Source: an uncultured Nitrospiraceae bacterium (GTDB lineage Bacteria; Nitrospirota; Thermodesulfovibrionia; Thermodesulfovibrionales; UBA6898). From it: a DNA stretch of 46,892 bases. Position 1 is the first letter of the stretch. Every line of letters begins with the position of its first letter. The notes under the pieces are model-generated. The model did not search any database and was not told the origin of the DNA. It worked only from the letters and a program-made list of their open reading frames with translations. Position numbers and translations under genes: made by a program. Positions 10,922-18,715 of the stretch are shown here, one piece after another. The stretch lies in the NCBI GenBank assembly GCA_963811165.1, contig CAWEQH010000003.1:1-46892 (forward strand), in the 5' to 3' direction.

Positions 10922-13144
10922 CTATATGCGAAGTCCCACCAGAAATTTTCTGATTTCCTCAACGGCTTGTCCATCTTCCGAAAGATCCGTGGCAAAGTTT
11001 CTAACCGGCTCCAGGCTTGGGCTAACAAGATACCGATCTGTGGGCGGACAGTGAGAACCGGAACCGTCATGTCCGATATTGCGGACCAGTGATCTGCCTG
11101 GATGAAGGCATAGTCCCTGATTCATAAAGACGCTCGCATACCATCGGATCGCCCAGGAATCCAGCTTCCCGTCCGCCTGCAGCTGCAGCATGTTGAGAAA
11201 ATCCCTGCTGCCTTCAATGTTGAATTCATGTGAATGATTCCCCTTTTTAATCGCATGAACGAGGTCAGCTGCATTGGCCTCAAAGTGAGACCAGGCTCTC
11301 TTCCAGGTAGCCCATCCCCAGCAGGAAGGGACCCGGTAAAAAAAAGTTTCAGGAAGAACGCCCCGAACTGGATGCGTATACCCCGCAATATGCATGACCT
11401 TAGGAGTATCTTCATAGATCTTCAAGGCATCGTTCATATACCTCAAAAAATATCTCGAAACTATCAGGTCATCCTCGATCACTATTGCCCGACCTAGCAG
11501 ATTGGTTATGTACGTGACTCCACGAATGATTGAGTCTGCAAGACCCTGATTACATTCCTGCTCAATAATTGTCACTTTTTCAGCCCACTGTTGCTCTCTT
11601 ACAAGCGACCGGACTTGCTGTACACCGTCAGCATCGGAGGCTCCCCTTGACCCATCACAAAAAATAAAGAGGTGCGAATTTTCCGCCCCCTCACATTTCG
11701 ATAAAGCCTCCAACGCCCGTCGGGTATGGTGCGGTCTCTTGAAAGCAAAAAAAACAATAGGGGCCATATTTGCCGTTGCAATAGCTTTACCATCTTGCCG
11801 CCGGGCATCAACACTAAAATTAAAGGCCATAACTTCACTCACACCAGGGTCTCCGCCATGATCAGGCAAAACACAAGCCTTGGAAGCAAGAGCAACTACA
11901 GCCGTCGGATAGGCCATAAGTCTGTCTTCCGGTGGACGCACAACAAAACCGCTGATCTCATTCCAGAAAAAAAGATGAGCACTCAGGTTTTCAGTAAGGA
12001 CCGCAATATTTATCTTATATGCCTGGGGATAGAGATTCGGCCTGATTATTTCGAATCTGACTTTACCGGTTCCTTCGATAAAAGCAATTCTTGCACCGGA
12101 AGCGGTCGAATCCATGTTGGCAAAAAACTTATATGCCCCCATCGAGAAATTGACCCTGAAAATCGGTTTTTCAATTCTGTTGACTGCGTCATAGTCGAAA
12201 TCAATAATTATGTCTTCTCCAAAATCAATCTCAGGGGTACGCCCTTCTTTCCCTTTTTGGTAACAAGCTACATTGGTTATGAAAATGTCATTGGTCCCGC
12301 CCCTGTTACCACCATAAGAAGTCGGTAAAGCGCGGCCGAGTGAAGCCGCATCAGGGGGTTGGTGGGTCCGCTGGTTCTCGGACTTGCTTTCCTCATATGT
12401 GTATGCGTTAATTACCGCTGAAGGTTCACCGATCAACACAGGCTTGCCATTTTGCAGAAACAGAGCCTTCTGACACATAGTACTGATTTCGGACATCGAA
12501 TGAGAAACAAGAATTATTGTCTTCCCCCGATCCTTGAATTCGTTCATCTTTTCTTTGCACTTCTTCTGGAATCTCAGATCGCCGACAGCCAATGCCTCAT
12601 CTATGATCAGGATATCCGGATCAACGTTGACCGCGGCGGCAAAGGCGAGCCTCACAAACATGCCGCTAGAATAAGTCTTAACCGGCTGGTCGATGAAATC
12701 GCCTATATCTGCAAATTCAATTATTGAGTCGATCCTTCCGTCCATCCTCGCTTTATCAAAGCCTATAATTGCCCCGTTCATATATACATTCTCTCTGCCG
12801 GTCAATTCAGGGTCGAAGCCAGTACCAAGCTCAAGGAGCGAAGACATTCTCCCCCTGATTGCACATGTGCCTGTTGTCGGCTGTAACACGCCGCAGAGAA
12901 GCTGCAGAAGAGTGGATTTGCCGCTTCCATTTTTTCCGATAATGCCGAAGCATTCCCCCTTTGCCACTTTTAACGATACATCCTTCAATGCCCAAAATTC
13001 ACGGTGGTATTTCTTTCGGAAAGGGTGCAGCGCCTCTCTGAGACGATGCTTCGGGCTGTCGTAAAGATGGTATTTCTTGCCGAGGTCCTTGACCGAAATC
13101 GCAATGTTGGGATCGGGGACCTGGGACGAGCGATCAGCAATCAT
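10922..13144 (-). CDS. wzt: Polysaccharide ABC transporter ATPase Wzt with Wzt-C domain, fused in frame to a GT-A glycosyltransferase domain
   Basis: Walker A GKNGSGKS, YSSGM signature, ILIIDEALAVGD; C-terminal APIVFFAFKRP..IFCDG..IVIEDD..SCWGWATW domain in the same 740 aa frame. Confidence 0.9.
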   Translation of the reverse strand: MIADRSSQVPDPNIAISVKDLGKKYHLYDSPKHRLREALHPFRKKYHREFWALKDVSLKVAKGECFGIIGKNGSGKSTLLQLLCGVLQPTTGTCAIRGRMSSLLELGTGFDPELTGRENVYMNGAIIGFDKARMDGRIDSIIEFADIGDFIDQPVKTYSSGMFVRLAFAAAVNVDPDILIIDEALAVGDLRFQKKCKEKMNEFKDRGKTIILVSHSMSEISTMCQKALFLQNGKPVLIGEPSAVINAYTYEESKSENQRTHQPPDAASLGRALPTSYGGNRGGTNDIFITNVACYQKGKEGRTPEIDFGEDIIIDFDYDAVNRIEKPIFRVNFSMGAYKFFANMDSTASGARIAFIEGTGKVRFEIIRPNLYPQAYKINIAVLTENLSAHLFFWNEISGFVVRPPEDRLMAYPTAVVALASKACVLPDHGGDPGVSEVMAFNFSVDARRQDGKAIATANMAPIVFFAFKRPHHTRRALEALSKCEGAENSHLFIFCDGSRGASDADGVQQVRSLVREQQWAEKVTIIEQECNQGLADSIIRGVTYITNLLGRAIVIEDDLIVSRYFLRYMNDALKIYEDTPKVMHIAGYTHPVRGVLPETFFYRVPSCWGWATWKRAWSHFEANAADLVHAIKKGNHSHEFNIEGSRDFLNMLQLQADGKLDSWAIRWYASVFMNQGLCLHPGRSLVRNIGHDGSGSHCPPTDRYLVSPSLEPVRNFATDLSEDGQAVEEIRKFLVGLRI

Positions 13145-13273
13145 ACTGTTCTTCTCTTCGAAAAGCTCCAGGCGCCTGATAAATATCCATCACCAAAGCC
13201 ATGCGCACTTCCAAACATCCACATTTTTATGATCTTTCATTTACTAGTTCCCAGTCCCTATTTGCCAGTCCCC
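13107..13273. repeat. Short ~7-nt GGGAC-type repeats flanking the four-helix-bundle relic in mutually inverted orientation
   Basis: Plus strand ttgggatcggggacctgggacg (from 13107) versus ctagttcccagtccctatttgccagtcccc (13244-13273). Confidence 0.55.
13134..13240 (-). pseudogene. Relic of a four-helix-bundle protein (23S rRNA intervening-sequence protein / S23-like family)
   Basis: Manual translation MKDHKNVDVWKC/MALVMDIYQAPGAFRREEQYD resembles the family N-terminus (xxLxVWxxxMxLxxxIYxxTxxFPxxExY); one frameshift, then truncated. Confidence 0.7.
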
Positions 13274-13274
13274 A

Positions 13275-14087
13275 TCATAAGACATCCGCAAAATGGGGCC
13301 TCAGTCTCAGGAATATTATAGCGCCCAGGACAAAGACCGATCCAGTTACTCCCCAGTAGTAGAGTGTCAGCGGCCAGTGGTGCCAGAACGGAACAAAATA
13401 GATGAAAGAATCACGGTAACCCTGGACAATATAAAACATAGGATTCAAATTGATTAGTGACTGGGCCTTTTCCGGCATTATCGACGGGTCCCAGAAAATC
13501 GGCGTGCTCCAAAAGCCCAGTTGAAGAATGACGTTGACGATCTGCCCAGTATCCCTTGCAAAGATATTGATAGAGGATGTGATCCAGCTGAGACCTAACA
13601 CCAGCACGCTCATGGCTGCGAAGTAGTAGAATGCCTGCAACCAGTAAAGGCTGAAAGGCAACTTATACAGGAGTATCAAGACGATCAGGACGAAGAGAAA
13701 AACGAAATGGGTTATGAAAGAAGCAACGAGCCTTACTACAGGAAGGATGCTTAGCGGAAAAACCACCTTCTTCACCAGATGCGAGTTGTTCAATATAACG
13801 GATGTTGAACCGCTGACAATCTCCGCGAAGGTGTTCCATATGGACATAGCCGCTGTCAACCAGACGACAAAAGGCACGTTTCCCTTCGGAGCCGATTTGA
13901 ATCCCTTGCTGAATACGAACCAGAGGATGAATGTCGTGATCACCGGATTCACGAAGGTCCAGAAAAAGCCGAGAAGTGAGCCTACATATTGACTGGAGAT
14001 ATCGCGCTTAGCCATTTCGAAGATCAATGATCTTCGCCGATACAAAATAGCTATAAATTCAAAAAACCCCTTAATTAGTGAAGTCAT
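13275..14087 (-). CDS. wzm: Polysaccharide ABC transporter permease Wzm
   Basis: RDISSQYVGSLLGFFWTFVNP, LVKKVVFP, TPIFW, LNPMFYIVQGYRD; start set at the second Met (14087). Confidence 0.93.
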   Translation of the reverse strand: MTSLIKGFFEFIAILYRRRSLIFEMAKRDISSQYVGSLLGFFWTFVNPVITTFILWFVFSKGFKSAPKGNVPFVVWLTAAMSIWNTFAEIVSGSTSVILNNSHLVKKVVFPLSILPVVRLVASFITHFVFLFVLIVLILLYKLPFSLYWLQAFYYFAAMSVLVLGLSWITSSINIFARDTGQIVNVILQLGFWSTPIFWDPSIMPEKAQSLINLNPMFYIVQGYRDSFIYFVPFWHHWPLTLYYWGVTGSVFVLGAIIFLRLRPHFADVL

Positions 14088-14230
14088 TCTTTCGCCATTC
14101 CTGTTTATTCCTGTTGCCCGGCCGTCTAAACCTGATAAAACCAACAATGTCGGCGAAAAAAAGGCGATCAGTCTCTTTGCCGTCACGGACGGTATGCTCA
14201 GTATTCGGAGCCTTGGAATGCAGAGTGCCC

Positions 14231-14974
14231 CTACCAGTCTTCACCGGTTTCGTATCCCAGCTTCATGAGAACGGGATTATACAACTTCTTAAAATACTCA
14301 ATGTGCCGCCCGGTAAAGTGGTTCCTCCAGTCCCCCGGCACGCCCCTGCGATAATGATGGGAGACATCTTCTGTCCCGGCCTTCCGGCCACCGGAGAGTT
14401 TTTCGAACGAACAGCGTTCAACGATTTCGCACACAGACTGCTCGGATATTTTGTCCGGGACTAACCCGAGGAAGCGGAATATCTCTATGAATCTGTCGCA
14501 CTGACCCCGTAGCAGGTCCTCAAACCTCAATTGCAGAATCTGCGGGGTGTCGTAATCCCAGGACAGCATGTGGTGAAGGAAGCTGGAGGAGAACTCAATC
14601 TCCAGCATGAGGCCTTCTTCCTTTGAGAGGGTCCTCAGGTATCTCCTGTAAAATTTCAGGCGGGGCCAGTGTTCGACAGGATGACTGCTAAGATGAGAAA
14701 AATAGCCCGAGATGATGACGTCCCTCGGATCCCTCACAACATGGAACCCTCGTGTGTCGAGATATCTGACGAAGGTGTAATCGGCGTTAATATAGCACCA
14801 GAAATCAAAGGGGTTATTTCTTCTGTACTCCTCGATGTCTCCATCGAAGAACTCATCGGAGTGATGGGATTTCATCTTCATGGAAACGAGATTACATACC
14901 TCCATGACTATATAAAGTATCCAGGTCGAGCCGGATTTGTGATGCCCGTAATATGCAAGCAGAGGTCCGCTCAT
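14231..14974 (-). CDS. Sulfotransferase family 1 domain protein
   Basis: HHKSGSTW (5'-PSB), VRDPRDVIISGY (3'-PB), RRGVPGDWRNHF (RKGxxGDWKxxF-like). Confidence 0.9.
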   Translation of the reverse strand: MSGPLLAYYGHHKSGSTWILYIVMEVCNLVSMKMKSHHSDEFFDGDIEEYRRNNPFDFWCYINADYTFVRYLDTRGFHVVRDPRDVIISGYFSHLSSHPVEHWPRLKFYRRYLRTLSKEEGLMLEIEFSSSFLHHMLSWDYDTPQILQLRFEDLLRGQCDRFIEIFRFLGLVPDKISEQSVCEIVERCSFEKLSGGRKAGTEDVSHHYRRGVPGDWRNHFTGRHIEYFKKLYNPVLMKLGYETGEDW

Positions 14975-15079
14975 TGAATAATCCTCATGGCAGAAAAGCC
15001 TGTCTCTTCATAAACTCCCGTTTCATCGGCAAATTTTCCTGAAAGCGCCAGCCCTATTCTTAAAGGCAATAGTATTAAT

Positions 15080-15109
15080 ATTATAATGTCTGAACGAGAC
15101 AATGGGCAA
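15080..15109 (-). promoter_or_regulatory. Putative sigma70 promoter for the glycan operon
   Basis: Minus strand TTGCCC-N18-TATAAT upstream of 14974. Confidence 0.45.
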
Positions 15110-15146
15110 GTGAAGCTGCTTTTAGCAGCGTGCCAGTACAGGCCAT

Positions 15147-15185
15147 AAAAAAATCTGCTGCCTGTTATACTCAGACAGCAGATTC
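15147..15185 (-). terminator. Rho-independent terminator
   Basis: Stem aatctgctg(t/c)ctg with a 7-nt loop, followed by a T run on the minus strand, just after the stop at 15207. Confidence 0.75.
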
Positions 15186-15206
15186 TTCTAACTAATGAGG
15201 TTCTTG

Positions 15207-15989
15207 TTAGAACCTTGAAGCTTTTTCGAGTCGTTCGACCTTGGCTGCCAATGCTTCTATTGTCTTGTTCTGCTCCTTGACAACCTTCGTGAGCACGGCA
15301 ACAATATCCATCGGATCGATGCCGGTTCTCCCATTCTTGGCGACCAGATCCGGCACATCCTCCGCGATGAACCCAATATGACTTTCAGCCGGATATGCTT
15401 TATAGGTAAACTTCACAGGATTCAACTCTTCGATGGCTTCCAGCGCCTCCGATTTCTTTAGGTCAACAATATTGTCTTTCAAGGTCCTGGAAGACCCATA
15501 GGTGACGCCGTTTATTTTTGCGGGACCATTGACATCGAGGAGGGCTGTGGGAGTCGTGGTCCCAATCCCGACATAGCCATTTCCCAAGATAGAGACTCTC
15601 TGCGCATCGCCGTGCCCTCTGTCCCTGATAACTAAATGACCGTCAAGTGCAAGAAAAAAATCCCAATACCCGATTTTGGTATCAGGCGCAGACGTATTTG
15701 AATAAATCAACTCAAAGGCCGGGTTAAAAGTATCATGAATACGCCAAATCCTCATAACGCCCTGATCACCGATCAGGTTCATCGCCCTCGTCGCCCTGGA
15801 AGCGGTAACCATATTACCGAAATCACCCACGATCCCCGATGTCGTACCCGCGTCAGTTACATGAAACACGGTGTTAGTTCCAGTACTATCCTTTACAACA
15901 AGTTTATCCGTTTCCACCGCGAACGACGAAGCCACGAGCAAACCAGTAATAGCCATTACTGCCAGCATAACTACTAGAAACTTTTTCAT
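15207..15989 (-). CDS. Exported protein with C-terminal intramolecular chaperone autocleavage domain (Peptidase S74, tail-fibre type)
   Basis: RBS AAAGGAG then MKKFLVVMLAV..SSFA signal peptide; GYVGIGTTTP repeat; GSSRTLKDNI, LNPVKFTYK, HIGFIAEDVP and a C-terminal coiled coil. Confidence 0.82.
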   Translation of the reverse strand: MKKFLVVMLAVMAITGLLVASSFAVETDKLVVKDSTGTNTVFHVTDAGTTSGIVGDFGNMVTASRATRAMNLIGDQGVMRIWRIHDTFNPAFELIYSNTSAPDTKIGYWDFFLALDGHLVIRDRGHGDAQRVSILGNGYVGIGTTTPTALLDVNGPAKINGVTYGSSRTLKDNIVDLKKSEALEAIEELNPVKFTYKAYPAESHIGFIAEDVPDLVAKNGRTGIDPMDIVAVLTKVVKEQNKTIEALAAKVERLEKASRF

Positions 15990-16209
15990 CTCCGATCTCC
16001 TTTCAACAGAATGATTAATATGAAGGATAAAGTATATCCCGCCAGTTTCCCCCTCGGGCACTGCCTCCTTTTGTTTATTTATATATATACCATTTTTCCC
16101 AAAAAAAATCCGACCCCAATAATCCATATTATACCACTCCCAAGCAATTGATTAAATATCAAGTTATCCGCAAGCGGTTCCCCTCCTTCCCGCCCACTGC
16201 AGGCGATCC

Positions 16210-16350
16210 CCTCTATTCCCATGACATTTTGGCGTCCTGATTCGTCAAGTACTCGGTTCGGCAACCGTGCCGGCTTTTAGCGGACAAAGCAACAGACTGG
16301 AATGACAAGGCAGTAGATTTAGGCAAAGCCGGCAGATATGAAGAAGTCGG
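16210..16350 (+). pseudogene. Degraded copy of the 5' part of the TPR gene at 27983-28926
   Basis: gccggctttt..gcaacagactggaatgacaaggcagtag..gccggcagatatgaagaag aligns by eye with the reverse complement of ~28710-28850 (gccggctttt..gcaacggactggaataacaaggcagtag..gccggcaaatatgaagaag). Confidence 0.75.
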
Positions 16351-16419
16351 AGCGTTACCCGCCTACGGGCCGCAGTTTCATATTTCTGATCCTGAAAAGA
16401 AAGAGCAAGGCAGCGCTCC

Positions 16420-18555
16420 TCACATCACAACCACATTTCCGACAATTACGGTCCCCGCGCTGATCGTGAGTGTCCCGCTGATAGTCGTAGAGCCGGTCTG
16501 GGACGCGAAGGCAGGGTCATAGCCGCCCAGCAGACTTATCGTTATGCCCAGAGGCAGGTTAAAAACAGGGCTTTCGGCAAGAGGCGTTTCCGGACTCGTC
16601 GTTTGCAGACGAATGTCATCCCAGTTGCTGCAATCGCCGCCGGCAGCCTGGATGTCGGCATAGGTTGCGACAATTGCGCTGCCCTGCGCAAGCGCAATAG
16701 GGTCGTTGCCGCGTAAGGGAAGATTAAAGACAGGCTTTACAGTATCATCTGACGCGACACTCAGCTGGCCGGTCCTGGATCCTCCCGCCGTAGGGGAGAA
16801 CGTCACGTACACCGCGCAGCTTCCCAGAGGGGAAATAGGTAGGCCGGTGGAGCAATTGTCGCTCGTTATGGCGAAATCTCCGCTGATCGAAACGCCGGTC
16901 GGATTTATCGTGAGGTCTGCCGCGCCCTGGTTCACTATGGTTATCTGAAATGTCTCGGAAGTGTTGCCCTGCGGTATATCGAAGAAATCGACCGACGAAG
17001 GAACGCCGGCTATCTGGGGGACGCTCCCCTTGCCGAAATGATCGAAGGCGTAGAGATACGCAGCCCCCACGTCGAGAAGGCCGTATCCGTAAATATCATT
17101 AGGAGAAGTATCGTTAGGCGGCGAACCAACAAGAGGGGTTGCGGTCATCTGAAGGGCCTCCTCTATCTGATCAGGGGTGAGGCCGGGGATCGCACCTTCC
17201 AGCAAGGCCGCGCCCGCCGATGCATGAGGTGCCGCCATCGAAGTCCCCTGTAAATAGAAATATTCGGTAAGATGACCACCCGGACCCTGAGCTGTCACGC
17301 TGCCGAGCGGCACCGACGACCAGATCCCTGTGGCGCCTCCCTTTGTACCCGGAGCGACGATGTTAGGGAAAGGGACGTTGGCACTTATCCTGTCGGCGCA
17401 GGCGGACGGCCCCCACGCGCTGAAGGGCGCAATGACGTCGTCGAAATCGGTGCCGCCGACCGCGAACACGCCGAGATTATTGCCGGGGCTGTAACTGGAA
17501 GATGCCGTCGCCGGCGGCGAATTGACATTCCCGGCTGCAAAGACGACCTCTATTCCTGCAGCCCTGAGGGTGTCTATCGCCGATAGGAACGTTGTGTCGC
17601 AGGTATTCTGCGCATTGATCGTCCAGGAATTGTTCACCACATCCGGCGCGTTTGCCGCATCCCCCGCAGGCGCGAGTGCCCATTGAAGCGCGCCGAGGAT
17701 GATGCTATTTGTAGAGGTCCCGTCGGCGTCGGAGAATATCTTGGCCGATATCCACTTCGCCCCCGGCGCAACGCCGATCGGATCGCCCGAAGCAGCCCCG
17801 CCGACCATCGTGCCCATCGTATGCGTGCCGTGGATGTGGACTGAATCAACCTGCGTAAGATCGGCTTTGTATGGAAGACCATAGGGAACAGTCGTATATT
17901 GAAGGGGATTAGTATTTGGTATGGGGTAAGGATCGTACCAGCTCGGGCAATCTGGCGGGGCGCTGCAGGAACCCCCTCGCCATCTGTACATGAGGTCCGG
18001 GTGGTTCACGTCTACTCCCGAATCGAGACTCGCCACCACCGCCCCCGAGCCGTCGACGCCCGCCTCCCAGAGGGCAGGCGCGTTCACACTGTAAAGATGC
18101 CAGTTATTTACCGATTCTGCGGACGGAATAACCACTGGCGGCTGGACAACGGCATCGAGTTCGATGCTCGCTATCTGAGGCGAGCCCGAGAGTTCGTTTA
18201 TAGTTGAAGCCGGTACTGTGACGGCGATCGAATTTGTTATCCAAAGAGGCTTCGTCTTCTTTCCGCCCCTGCTCTGGAGCAACGCCTTGATCGGTCCCTG
18301 TGTCTTATTTGCCTTGTCCTTAAGCGCAGCGGCAATCGCATTTCTTCTAATTGCCCTGCCCTCCCGCGTACGACTCGCGGGGACTAAAGGAATTTGTTTA
18401 ACGTCTACCTTATCGGCAAGATTAATGATGATAGCTACCTCCTGACTGGAAGGAGCTGTTTGTAAGACCGCTTGGAGGTCAGGGCTTACAGTGGCGGCCT
18501 CACAAAGAGAGAAGGAAAGCAGAAAAAGTATCGAAAAAAAAAGGAGATGCTTCAT
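16420..18555 (-). CDS. Secreted subtilisin-like S8 serine protease (bacillopeptidase F-like) with Ig-like (ASH/choice-of-anchor D) and conserved C-terminal domains
   Basis: Signal peptide MKHLLFFSIL..CEA, prodomain, triad LDSG / HGTHTMGT / GTSMAAPH, FAAGN oxyanion motif; IVNQGAADLTI..VTFSPT Ig domain. Confidence 0.92.
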   Translation of the reverse strand: MKHLLFFSILFLLSFSLCEAATVSPDLQAVLQTAPSSQEVAIIINLADKVDVKQIPLVPASRTREGRAIRRNAIAAALKDKANKTQGPIKALLQSRGGKKTKPLWITNSIAVTVPASTINELSGSPQIASIELDAVVQPPVVIPSAESVNNWHLYSVNAPALWEAGVDGSGAVVASLDSGVDVNHPDLMYRWRGGSCSAPPDCPSWYDPYPIPNTNPLQYTTVPYGLPYKADLTQVDSVHIHGTHTMGTMVGGAASGDPIGVAPGAKWISAKIFSDADGTSTNSIILGALQWALAPAGDAANAPDVVNNSWTINAQNTCDTTFLSAIDTLRAAGIEVVFAAGNVNSPPATASSSYSPGNNLGVFAVGGTDFDDVIAPFSAWGPSACADRISANVPFPNIVAPGTKGGATGIWSSVPLGSVTAQGPGGHLTEYFYLQGTSMAAPHASAGAALLEGAIPGLTPDQIEEALQMTATPLVGSPPNDTSPNDIYGYGLLDVGAAYLYAFDHFGKGSVPQIAGVPSSVDFFDIPQGNTSETFQITIVNQGAADLTINPTGVSISGDFAITSDNCSTGLPISPLGSCAVYVTFSPTAGGSRTGQLSVASDDTVKPVFNLPLRGNDPIALAQGSAIVATYADIQAAGGDCSNWDDIRLQTTSPETPLAESPVFNLPLGITISLLGGYDPAFASQTGSTTISGTLTISAGTVIVGNVVVM

Positions 18556-18635
18556 GGTTATTTCCACCGTATATGCGGCTGATTGATCGTCTTTGATTAT
18601 CATTGTTTATTTTACCAAAAAGTTCGGACCGACTG

Positions 18636-18679
18636 AAAAAAGAAGCCAAAGCCGCAGGCTCCTTCCTGCGGCTTTGGCT
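18636..18679 (-). terminator. Rho-independent terminator after the multicopper oxidase gene
   Basis: Perfect 15-bp stem agccaaagccgcagg / cctgcggctttggct followed by TCTTTTTT on the minus strand. Confidence 0.85.
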
Positions 18680-18715
18680 CGCGCATCCTGGCTCCTAAGT
18701 ACTAAACATCAGCTC

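Noticed and set aside
11726..12328. Long opposite-strand ORFs (also 21186-21818, 30750-31565, 45903-46460 and others)
   Set aside because: Antisense shadows of well-supported genes, with no motifs of their own
13134..13240. Diversity-generating retroelement (Avd-like fold)
   Set aside because: No reverse transcriptase or TR/VR pair; the 16210-16350 duplicate differs by indels and mixed substitutions, not adenine-specific changes
15207..15989. Prophage
   Set aside because: A single tail-fibre-like domain with a signal peptide; no integrase, capsid, terminase or other phage genes
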